A stretch of DNA of 64,000 nt from Gemmatimonadota bacterium (lineage in GTDB: Bacteria > Gemmatimonadota > Gemmatimonadetes > Longimicrobiales > Gaopeijiaceae), in contig JAXHMG010000003.1 in NCBI GenBank assembly GCA_034521595.1, forward strand, positions 1,504,001-1,568,000, given 5' to 3'. Below, piece by piece: positions 9,980 to 18,610 of this stretch. The position numbers and the translations under genes were made by a program. Position 1 is the stretch's first letter, and each line of letters opens with the position of its first letter. The notes beneath the pieces are model-generated. The model saw only the letters and a program-made list of their open reading frames with translations. It was not told the origin of the DNA and did no database searches.

Positions 9980-10937
9980 TCACCGTACCGCTACCCCTTC
10001 TTTGGCTCGTTGGTCGTATACTGTCCCACGATCGACGGCACCTCTCCTGGTACGGCGCTCCAGATCCTCCCCTTCGCTCGATCAGGTCTGAGAACAGGGC
10101 AACTGTGTCGAGATGAATACCTCTTTCGCTCTCCTCCTTACGGCGGCTAAGCCAATTACCTTCTCCTGGCCCTCCGTGCGATAGCGTTCAATCGCATCGG
10201 GTGACTAGCTGATCGGCAGGATCGGAGCTTCGGCTCTGCAGGGACTCCCGAAGTTTGTGATGCACGACGGCCAGCCCGGCAACGTACTCACGGATCAGCG
10301 GTACTCAGATCGACCACCTCCCCAAGATCGGCCAGTTCATCGAGAACGTTCGACTGAAGCCTCCATCCTCCCGGAGACGCTCGGTATCGATGCTCGGTAC
10401 TATTGCATTTCGGCGGGTCGAGCCTTCTTCAAGTCGGTCGCGCCAGAACTGATGGGACATGCGCACCGCACCGCAACTCCCCGGGTGCTGCGTGTAGTTC
10501 CGAAGGGCCTCCATCGCCCGGTATCCGAGACGGGAGTCATACTCGATGGATCGCCATGCGTTGAACCGGGCAAGACCGGTCCGAGTCTTTGCCGAATCGG
10601 CAGCTGAGTAGGTGACGGCGCCTGATCCAGGTATCCTCTTCCACCCGAAAGGAGGTTCACGACTCTTCGGTCGACATCGTGGATGGTTCCGACCGCACTC
10701 GGACCAAGACCCCTCTGTACAGAGGAGTGAATACAACGCCCGATCGAGCAGGGCACCTTCGTACTCATAGAAGTTTGCCAGGACGAGATGGAAGCCTTCT
10801 TCCAAAGCGAGGGCGTCCACCAGTAGACCCTTGGCGTCCTTCAGCTCCTGGAAGTCGCTCCGATCAAGCGGGAGGAATGGTGTCTTCCCGAAGACGGCGA
10901 TCTGACCAGAGCCGTGTCCGACCTGATCATCGTTCAT
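9980..10937 (-). CDS. Cassette gene, hypothetical protein with HEPN-like RxxxxH motif (frameshifted; end approximate)
   Basis: Helical protein with RVVNLLSGGRGYLDQ and YRAMEALRNYTQH. Confidence 0.55.
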
Positions 10938-11021
10938 ACGGAAATCTGGATTGCTGCGTTTACCAAGAGAGAAGAGGAGGGACACCCCCCCGACGTCGCG
11001 CGAGATCCAGCCTGCAATGAC

Positions 11022-11143
11022 TCATAACGAATCAGGGGTTTCCGAACTTGCGGCCTGGCGCGGCTCGTCGCGCTCGCACGAGACGTGACAGGGCGGAAGT
11101 CAGGCCGGAGGGGCCCCGGAGCCGGGAACCCTCACAGTGGAGG
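11022..11143 (-). repeat. attC-like site, divergent member (R'' degenerate)
   Basis: TCATAAC-GAATCA-GGGGTTTCCG...GGCCTG...CAGGCC...GGAGC-CGGGAACCC-TCACA-GTGGAGG; same architecture as the others. Confidence 0.7.
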
Positions 11144-11169
11144 GCTGAAATCGCGCCCCGACCCGTGAC

Positions 11170-11905
11170 CATCCGTCCTATCGGGACCCATCCCAAGTGC
11201 GGGCTTTACGGATGCGCGTTCGAATCCTTCTCGGCAGTAGCGGGTCTCCCGCATCCAACCGGTACTTTCGCGAAAGTAATTCTCAGCGACGTTCTCCTGC
11301 CTTGCCTGCTTCCCCCAGTCGCACCAAAACAGGAGACAAACGATCTAAGATCCGGATGTCTCCCGAGATACCTCGTCTCCACGCAACTCTTGGAGGAGCT
11401 CACCGACAAAACCCTCCCTCCCGCTGTATCCCCGCATACTCATCAATCGTCCTGCAGAGCCTCTTCTATGTACATCCGAGCTGCCGCACGCACACTCCGT
11501 CTTCTCTAGAGACTTCGCCCGATCAGCAGCAGCGCTGAGACTCATTTCTCAGCTTCCAGAATCTTTGGTTAGCTTCATAGTCTATCACCCTCCCGAAATT
11601 GATCCAGTTTACCAAACTCTCATTTTCCCGCGCCATCCAGCGGGCCTCAAGGTCCTCTGCACCTTCCTCATCGAGATCGTCAGCCAAGATGAGAACCTTG
11701 TACTCGTCGTCGAGATGCCTCTTCACGTAGAATTCCCAGAGCTCATGCCCATTCTTCTCCCACGCACGGCGCCCCTTGCCCTTCCCGACGTAGAAGATCT
11801 CGCCATCGCGATCCACATGCGCGTACACGTAGAACCGACGCGGATTCGTTCGATCGGCCTCGTCGGATGGTGTCAGCCTCTGAGGCGAAGTGGAGTCACT
11901 GAGTG
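11170..11905 (-). CDS. GIY-YIG nuclease domain protein with helical C-terminus (frameshifted; ends approximate)
   Basis: FYVYAHVDRDGEIFYVGKGKGRRAW...AEDLEARWM...LVNWIN. Confidence 0.8.
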
Positions 11906-11980
11906 ACAGAGCGATACCGCGATTGGTAAAATGAAACAGCAGCTCGTTATGTGGCGTGCTGCACTTGGTCCATGACGCCA

Positions 11981-12700
11981 CTACTGCTCGGGGTAAACAC
12001 CCAACAACGCGGCGACGCTTGCTTTCCACTCCTCTCGGCACCCCCTCATCGCGACAGTAGCTCCGAAAGCGACTTCAATTTGTGTTGAAGAGGGGTGAAC
12101 GAGGTTCGCTCGACGTTGAATATCGGTGACCGCCTCTAGATCAGCGCTGAACCCAGTCGATGGACAGTACGCGATCCTCACCGGTTTCGATGAGGTGGTA
12201 CCTTCTGGAAACGACCGCCCTTCGCTCTGTCTACAATCAGCAGAGGACCACGAGGCCGACGCCCTTCTACGTCTGCGGCGGCGAGCAACGCGGTTCCCAT
12301 CACGGGAACTAAGGTCATGAGGCCCAACCGGAGATAGATCGGGGTCATCTGCCGATGCTCCATCGAAGACCTCCTTCGGGTAGCATCCAGTAACATCCGC
12401 CATCTCCCCTTCGGGGATGGCCGCTCGGGCGAACCGACCGCCTGCCGCCGGCCAGGCGTCTGATTAGAGCGATCGCAATCGCCGCGCAACGATCCAGATT
12501 CTCTTCAGGATAGTCACTGACGACGAGGAAGCCGTCGCCAAACTGATGCGCGAAGAGCCGCTCCCGTTCCTTCGGAAACACACGACGACCGATGCGGGCG
12601 ATGGCAGCCATGAGTTCGCCAATCGCCTGCACGTGGTCCCGCGACGATCGCTGCTTGAAGCCCTGAACGTCGATGTACAGTGACGATCGGTCGTCAGCGG
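11981..12700 (-). CDS. Class III nucleotidyl-cyclase-like protein (frameshifted; start approximate)
   Basis: LYIDVQGF, HQFGDGFLVVS, ARAAI-EGEMADV, VMGTALL resemble the metal-binding and core motifs of the cyclase fold. Confidence 0.55.
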
Positions 12701-13069
12701 AAGCAACCGTCGCTCCGAAAGGAGAGCCTCTCCGCCCTTTGCCACTGATCTCGCTCGCCAAACCCATCCTGTGGAGAGCCAGAAGCAGAACCGTGCAATT
12801 GCAGTTGTGGCCTCTCTGGCTGCGGTACCGAACACCTCGGGCGACATACTCCTTGAGATCCGTGGTCGCGGACGTACCGTCCGGCGGAATGCTGAAACGC
12901 ATGATAGAGAGCTTCCACACCAACGTAGAACCGCGAGTGGCCACGTTGGTAGCAGAGCCGTCGGTCGTCGGACGAGACGATCTTGGTGGTGCCGCCGCCT
13001 GGATTCTCAAGGAGCGTGCCCTGGGGGCACGCTGTCGCCCAGCCTGTGCGAGAACTGAGTAAAATCCAT
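12694..13069 (-). CDS. Small hypothetical protein with GHNCNCT motif (frameshifted)
   Basis: Reconstructed across indels: MDFTQFSHRL...NPGGGTTKIV...CYQRGHSRFYV...TTDLKEY...GHNCNCTVLLLALHRMGL...GRRGSPF. Confidence 0.5.
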
Positions 13070-13130
13070 GGAGATCGGCGCCGCCTCCCGATAGAGCTTC
13101 CAACTCACGGCACCTCGTTCCTAGCATGCC

Positions 13131-13286
13131 ACATAACGTTCAGATGTTTCCGACGTGGCCACAGCATATGCGCTCATCTTTCCTGGGCCTTCGGAGTGCA
13201 GCTGACAGCATACGATATCAGCACGTTCGAGGCCATGTAGGTCGGAGCGAACGAAGTGAGCGGAGCCGGAAACATTCTTGTTATGT
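13131..13286 (-). repeat. Intact attC-like site
   Basis: ACATAAC / GTTATGT perfect R pair; ATGTTTCCG / CGGAAACAT; ACGTGGCC / GGCCATGT. Confidence 0.92.
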
Positions 13287-13335
13287 GATGGCCTTTCGCT
13301 GTTTCCCTACACCGATTCGCACTCTTGGGCAGCGG

Positions 13336-14533
13336 TCAGCTTCGGGCAAGTTCGTAGATCCGAGCGTACTCGACCTCAAGTTCGTCCCGCCAGACCCCGA
13401 CCACTTGGTCCCCCAGGATCTGAGTCGGGCGGAGCCGCTGATCGGGAAACTCGACGGTGCCGAGCCAGACTCCTTCACGATCGAAGACAGCCCAAGAACG
13501 AGCATCACCATCGTACGAAAAGTCCTGGACCCAAAGGAACCCCTCACTGTCGACAAGGAACCTCGAGTAGGCCGGTCGGCTCTGAGGTTGCGGCTGCTCT
13601 TGGTAACGGGCCCGAAGACCAGGTCGAGCGCCTTCTGGAGCTGCGAGCACTCGTGCCTCAACAGCGGCGTCGTAGGACACCTCATCCAATCGGACGTCGA
13701 CATCCGATCTGCGGATCAGACTTCGGAGGATACCGTCCTCAGAATAGACGCCGATCTGGTATGCATCTTGAGAACCCTGAAGGATCTCCTCACCCCGGAC
13801 TGCGTGACTCACCGACCGGGCCAAGAGAGGACGGAGCATCTCCACAGTCTGAGGGCCGTACATCAGGATCCGTTCCGAGCCCGGAGTCACGAGGACCGTG
13901 TCTTCCAGCGCTCCGGAGTGGGTCGATCCGGACGTAGGCTGCTCCGAACCTAGTCGGAGACCGGCGGGCAACTCGTCGATGATCGCCGACGAGAATGCGA
14001 GGTGCGCGGCCGGCGCGACGAGCCCCCGCGACGAGCCGACCGGACCAAGTCCTGCGTCGTCCACCGCAGCCCGGGCAACCCGAAACGGTCCGCTCTCGGG
14101 ATCCAAGACCGTGATCCTCTGCTGCGCGCCCGTCGAAGTCCCAGAGCGAGTCGGCGTTCAGCCCGATGGAAGGTCAGGCCCTGAAATTCCCCGGGCCCTT
14201 CGCCTGACCGACCGAACACGGAGATAGGGTTGCCAAGCAGGTTAAAAAGCTTGACCTGGCTGGCACCTTCGTCGAGCACGGCGATCCTCTCGCCGTGAGA
14301 ACGAAGACGCCCGAGAGCCGGTCGAACGCCGCATCGCCGTCCAGGCTACCCAGGCTCAGAACCGGATCCTGAGATACCTGCCATACCTCATGATCATTCC
14401 AAGCGGGACGACTGTTCTGCACGATCCGAATGCCGGCGCTGTCTTGGACGGCAACTGCAACGGGAGGAACTTCGTCAGACCCGCAGGCCGTGCAGATCAG
14501 AAGACAACCCAAGAGCGCTAGTCTCACCCGCAC
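13336..14533 (-). CDS. 6-bladed beta-propeller lipoprotein (frameshifted), cassette gene
   Basis: RBS GGAGGAG just after the GTT core; lipobox ICTAC; GRSGEGPGEF; WAVFDREGVWLGTV; GVWRDELEVEY. Confidence 0.8.
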
Positions 14534-14561
14534 GTTCTCCTCCGTCCAAAGAATGGCTTTC

Positions 14562-14721
14562 ACATAACGTTCAGATGTTGCCGACGTGGCCCACCACCGC
14601 TCCCTCCGGAGCCGGCCACCCGTCATGAATACGGCTTAGGCGCTCAACCCGCCACACCCGTTCCGGGCCATGTAGGCCGGAGCGCCCGCAGGGCGCGGAG
14701 CCGGCAACATACTTGTTAGCA
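14562..14721 (-). repeat. Intact attC-like site
   Basis: ACATAAC...ATGTTGCCG-ACGTGGCCC...GGGCCATGT...CGGCAACAT-ACTT-GTTAGCA. Confidence 0.92.
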
Positions 14722-15179
14722 GATGTTGGCTTCCTGTGGTCCACGCCACACTTACGGTTGACTTCACGAGGGACGTCGCGTCGACGGCTATCCGTCCCGG
14801 TGGTTCGACCTGAAACGGAAACCCCGCGGACACACGGTCGAGGGATCGCGCGAAGGAAGCCCAAGGAGCGAGCAGACCGAAGGTGTGGCCCCAGTCGACC
14901 GATGATGCCTCGGAGCGGGTCAACGCGCGATTCACCAAAACCTCTTTGGCGCCGTCGACGAAGAACCCGCCGGGTGGACATCGCAGTCGTGGATCGAGCC
15001 CGCCCGACCGTGTGGAGCCACACGGGGGGAGGGACAGCGGCGAATCCATAGGGTGGTGGGCGTGACTCGAGCCGAAGGTGCGAACCCCAGTCGACCGTAG
15101 ATGCCTGGGAGGATGTCAACGCACGAGGAGTTGAAGGCGTCGCCGCTGTCCTCGAACCTGACCGTCCATGGCCAATGTC

Positions 15180-15198
15180 CGCTAACTGGTTGTTGCCG
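15180..15198 (-). other. attI-like simple site at the head of the array
   Basis: Minus strand CGGCAAC-AACCA-GTTAGCG (inverse core, 5-bp spacer, core) with no attC hairpin upstream; GTTAGCGGACATTGGC matches GTTAGCAGATGTTGGC at 14715. Confidence 0.65.
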
Positions 15199-15472
15199 CA
15201 GAAGTGTGTCGCTTCTGCTCCTCGTCCTAGGCGGGATTCCCGACGTTGAGGATCTGGGGCTGGAGCGTCTGAGTAAGTTACCTCCGGTCTCCGCAACGTT
15301 CGCTCCCCCTCGGCGGAGCGCAAGGTAATCGCTCGGCGAAGGATCCGGGTGAGTCGGCGGGCGAGTCACGGCCTCCATCCGGTCGGCTGACGGTGGACTG
15401 GACCACGACCACACGTACGTCGAGACCTTTCAGTCGGCTGCATACGTGGACCGACCGTCGGTCGTCACGTTG

Positions 15473-16144
15473 TCACCCCCTGTCCTGGGTCCTTGAGCAC
15501 CCGTTCCGCCGGCCCCACTCGTCCACCAGCTCGGGGTTCGCTTCCGCATGACGCAGTGCTGCCGCGATCGGCAGCCCCTTCGAGACGTGCAAGCTGATGA
15601 CGAACTGCCACATCGCCGTCGCGAGGAGCATCGCCCCGTCGTCCTGATCGTTTGTGCCGGTTCGGCCTGGTACAGCCCGAAGTGCTTCATGAGCTGCTCG
15701 CCGTGCTCGGACTTGTCTTCGAACTGGAGGACGAAGTTGCCATGCATGTCCCATTTCCAGCCCTTCACCAGCCGCTGGAGGTCATCGGGAAGGGCGAGCA
15801 GATCCTCGGGCCGTTTAGCTCGTAGGCCCCGAACTCAGCGAGGTTGGCGAACGCCACCGCTGAGACCTCGTCGATCACGCGTTCCGCTGCGGTCCGCCTG
15901 GTTTCCTCAGCTCGACGCGGCGGGCGGCAAGATACGCCTGAACCTCTGGCTCCTTCAGGAGCTGGCGCGCATTCGTGGCGGCGTCCTTCCCCTTTGCCTT
16001 GAACCCCGACGCCTCGTACGCCACCCGGTGCCCCTTCCCTTCCAGGATGCCCTCACAGAACGCGATCCGTTCCGCGCTGAGCTCGCCGTCCTGAGCCTTC
16101 CCGCGTGGCCGGGCACGCCGGACCGCAGTGCCGTTACCAGCCAT
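15473..16144 (-). CDS. Phage terminase small subunit-like protein (frameshifted)
   Basis: RBS AGGAGA; ERIAFCEGILEGK...AYEASGF...AATNARQLLKEPEVQAYL HTH, then LPDDLQRLVKGWKW...EDK...LMKHFGLY typical of TerS. Confidence 0.7.
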
Positions 16145-16324
16145 GAGTCTCCTTCTCGGCACGGCCCATCGAGCCGCGCCCAAAATGGGGTGAGAACGGA
16201 GTGAGTTTGGCTTCGCTGGGGCAGCGGATCCAGGTTTCCGGACTTCGCCATCGGTACCGGAAAGGCATGAAACGACAAGACTTCCGGCACGCCGACAGCG
16301 AAATGCCGTACCCCCGCTGGCGGC

Positions 16325-16362
16325 TTTTAAGTCCCCTGCGTATACCATTTCGCCACCCCGGC
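16325..16362 (-). tRNA. tRNA-Leu(TAA) 5' half only (probable att junction)
   Basis: GCCGGGGTGGCGAAATGGTATACGCAGGGGACTTAAAA gives the acceptor 5' strand, D arm and anticodon loop; no 3' half seen in the window. Confidence 0.8.
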
Positions 16363-16500
16363 GCAAGCGTCTCGCAAGCTATGCTCCTCTCCCCCACCAC
16401 GGGAAGTCCGGCTCGACGCCCGGTGTACCGTCGGCGTCCTACCGGGCCGGGGGCCACACGGCACGGATGCGTCGTCTCATGGACGACGTCAGGTTCACGC

Positions 16501-17262
16501 TCAGGGCCGGCGGCGCAGGACCCAGATCTCCAACAGCGACCACTCCTCGCCGGGATAGTTCTCCTGCTCCAGCTGCGACATACGGCGGTGACGGGTGGCC
16601 GTGCTGCCCACGAAATCCAGCCGCTCCAGGAGGATGCGCTTGGTCTCGTCGGCCTTCTCCAGGCTGAAGGGGTTGAGGAAGTTCACCAGCATGTAGCCCT
16701 CGCGCGGGGCGCGGGCGAAGGCGTCGACCAGGCCCTTGATGACATCGGTCTCGAGATAGACCAGCGAGGCGGTGGAGATCACCACGTCAGCGTTCTCCAT
16801 GGCGCTGTCCACGGACCGCTTCGCCTCAGGCGAAGGGGCGTTGAGATCGGCGACCACGGTGTCGTCGAACAGGCCGGAGCGCTGGCCGTAGGCCATGGCG
16901 TTGCCGGAGATGTCGATGCCGGTGGTATGGGCCGGGAAGCGGCGGTCGGCCTCGATGGTCCGGCAGGCCTCGGCATCGCGCCAGTTGTGGCGGATGGCCT
17001 CGTAGTCCATGCCGTAGACGGTGGCCATGGTGGTGTTGCCGAAGCAGGCGCACAGGTCGACGTAGTTGACGGTCTCGCCGCGCTCCGCCTTTGCCTGCAC
17101 CCAGGGCAGGATCAGGCGGTCGAACATCTGGCGGTTGAAATCGTCCGAGATGTAGTCCAGCGCGTCCAGGATGCGCTCCTTGAAGGGCACCGGAGTCTCG
17201 GCGACGTAGATGTCGTCGAAATGCTGCTTCTTCTCGTCGGTTCTGATGCTGCTCTGGCTCAT
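16501..17262 (-). CDS. SAM-dependent methyltransferase-like protein
   Basis: FDDIY, YVDLCACFG, TGIDISGNAMAY, ADLN, ISTASLVY motifs. Confidence 0.65.
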   Translation of the reverse strand: MSQSSIRTDEKKQHFDDIYVAETPVPFKERILDALDYISDDFNRQMFDRLILPWVQAKAERGETVNYVDLCACFGNTTMATVYGMDYEAIRHNWRDAEACRTIEADRRFPAHTTGIDISGNAMAYGQRSGLFDDTVVADLNAPSPEAKRSVDSAMENADVVISTASLVYLETDVIKGLVDAFARAPREGYMLVNFLNPFSLEKADETKRILLERLDFVGSTATRHRRMSQLEQENYPGEEWSLLEIWVLRRRP

Positions 17263-17474
17263 CTTTCGTCTCTGCTTGCTGTGAAGTAGCGCGCTCTTTC
17301 GGTTCCCGCTTCGGCGGAAGCATCTCCCTATGTTAATGGTTTCCCCGTCTCTCGGCATTCGCACCCCCTCCCTGCTGGTGCTCACCGCGGGGCCGGCGCA
17401 TGCCGGCGGTCCCGGTCTGCCGAGCTCGCGGCCGATCGCATCACGACCGTGTCTCCCTGCGCTGTAGGCTGGGG

Positions 17475-17528
17475 TTGCATCTTCAGCGTGTTACCAGTAT
17501 ATATCGTGTATCGACGATCAACGATATA
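17475..17528 (+). promoter_or_regulatory. Sigma70-like promoter overlapped by a putative ArsR operator
   Basis: TTGCAT-17 bp-TATATA; inverted repeat TATATCGT (17500-17507) / ACGATATA (17521-17528). Confidence 0.7.
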
Positions 17529-17540
17529 GGAGCACCTGTG

Positions 17541-17942
17541 ATGCCAGTTGTAGCCGAGACGCAGTCCTTGCCCTTGGACGCACCAGCCGCCGAGCCGGCG
17601 TCCGGTGCAGAGATCGCCGCGATCGCCAAGGCGCTAGGCCATCCGGCCCGGATTCACATCGTGCGGTTGTTGCTGGAGGAGCCCTGCGTCGGCCGCGAGA
17701 TCGTGGGCGAGGTGGGGCTGGCGCAGTCCACGGTTTCCGAGCATCTGCGCATTCTCAAAGCAGCCGGCATCATCATGGGCGAAATCGAACATCCGCGAGT
17801 CTGCTACTCCCTCAATCCCGACAGCGTGGCTCCGCTGGCGGGACTGCTGAGCGCGGTGTTTGAGAAGGACAACCGTTGCGAAGTCGACGATGCCGACTGC
17901 TGCCCACCTGCGGGCTGCGAATCCACGAACACCTCTTGCTGA
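17541..17942 (+). CDS. arsR: ArsR/SmtB family repressor
   Basis: AKALGHPARIHI, LAQSTVSEHLRILK, C-terminal CC..C. Confidence 0.9.
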   Translation: MPVVAETQSLPLDAPAAEPASGAEIAAIAKALGHPARIHIVRLLLEEPCVGREIVGEVGLAQSTVSEHLRILKAAGIIMGEIEHPRVCYSLNPDSVAPLAGLLSAVFEKDNRCEVDDADCCPPAGCESTNTSC

Positions 17943-17956
17943 TGAGGAGCGCTCTC

Positions 17957-18562
17957 ATGCCTACAGTCACGATTTATGATCCACCCATGTGTTGCTCGAC
18001 GGGCGTCTGCGGCCCCGAGGTCGATCCGAAGCTGGTGCAATTCGCCGGTGACCTCGACTGGCTGAAGGCCCGGGGCGTCGAGGTCCGGCGCGTGAATCTC
18101 GCGCAGGAGCCCGACCGCTTCGTCGCGAACCCCACGGTCAAGGCGATCCTCGATCGCTCGGGAGACGATGAGCTGCCGGTAGTCGTCGTGGGTGACGAGT
18201 TGATGGCGAGCGGGCGGTACCCCAGCCGCGACGAGCTCGCCGAGAGCACGGGCGTCGGAGTCGAGCCTCCGGCCGAAGAAGTGACCGACGGGGTCAAAGA
18301 GCTCATCGCCATCGGCGCCGCCATCGGCGCAAGCTGTGAGCCCTGTTTCAAGTTTCACTACGACAAGGCTCGAAAGCTGGGCGTCTCCGTCGAGGCCATG
18401 CGCGAGGCCGTCCGGGTCGGCGACGCCGTCAAGGCTGCGTCGGCCAAGAACATGCTCGGACTCGCCGACCGGATCCTCGGCGCCGAAGAGCCCGAAGCGG
18501 CCGCCAGCGCCTGCTGCGGCGACGCCGACGAGCCCCAGGAGAAAGCCTCCGGCTGCTGTTGA
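17957..18562 (+). CDS. arsD: Arsenite metallochaperone ArsD fused to a CMD/AhpD-like domain
   Basis: IYDPPMCCSTGVCG...YPSRDEL, then KELIAIGAAIGASCEPCFKFH. Confidence 0.9.
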   Translation: MPTVTIYDPPMCCSTGVCGPEVDPKLVQFAGDLDWLKARGVEVRRVNLAQEPDRFVANPTVKAILDRSGDDELPVVVVGDELMASGRYPSRDELAESTGVGVEPPAEEVTDGVKELIAIGAAIGASCEPCFKFHYDKARKLGVSVEAMREAVRVGDAVKAASAKNMLGLADRILGAEEPEAAASACCGDADEPQEKASGCC

Positions 18563-18610
18563 TCGCCGCCCGAGCGCTACGCATACCTTATAGAAAGAAG
18601 GAAGCACACC

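Noticed and set aside
925-14721. Recurrent repeats as a CRISPR array or REP elements
   Set aside because: Spacing is gene-sized and irregular, there are no cas genes, and repeats have AAC/GTT core boxes with cassette-specific matching ends, which fits attC.
15199-15472. Integron integrase or Pc promoter next to attI
   Set aside because: No tyrosine-recombinase motifs in any frame and no convincing -35/-10 pair.
16145-16330. Group I intron in the tRNA-Leu(UAA) anticodon
   Set aside because: No recognisable group I core elements and no 3' tRNA exon found downstream; an att junction is more parsimonious.
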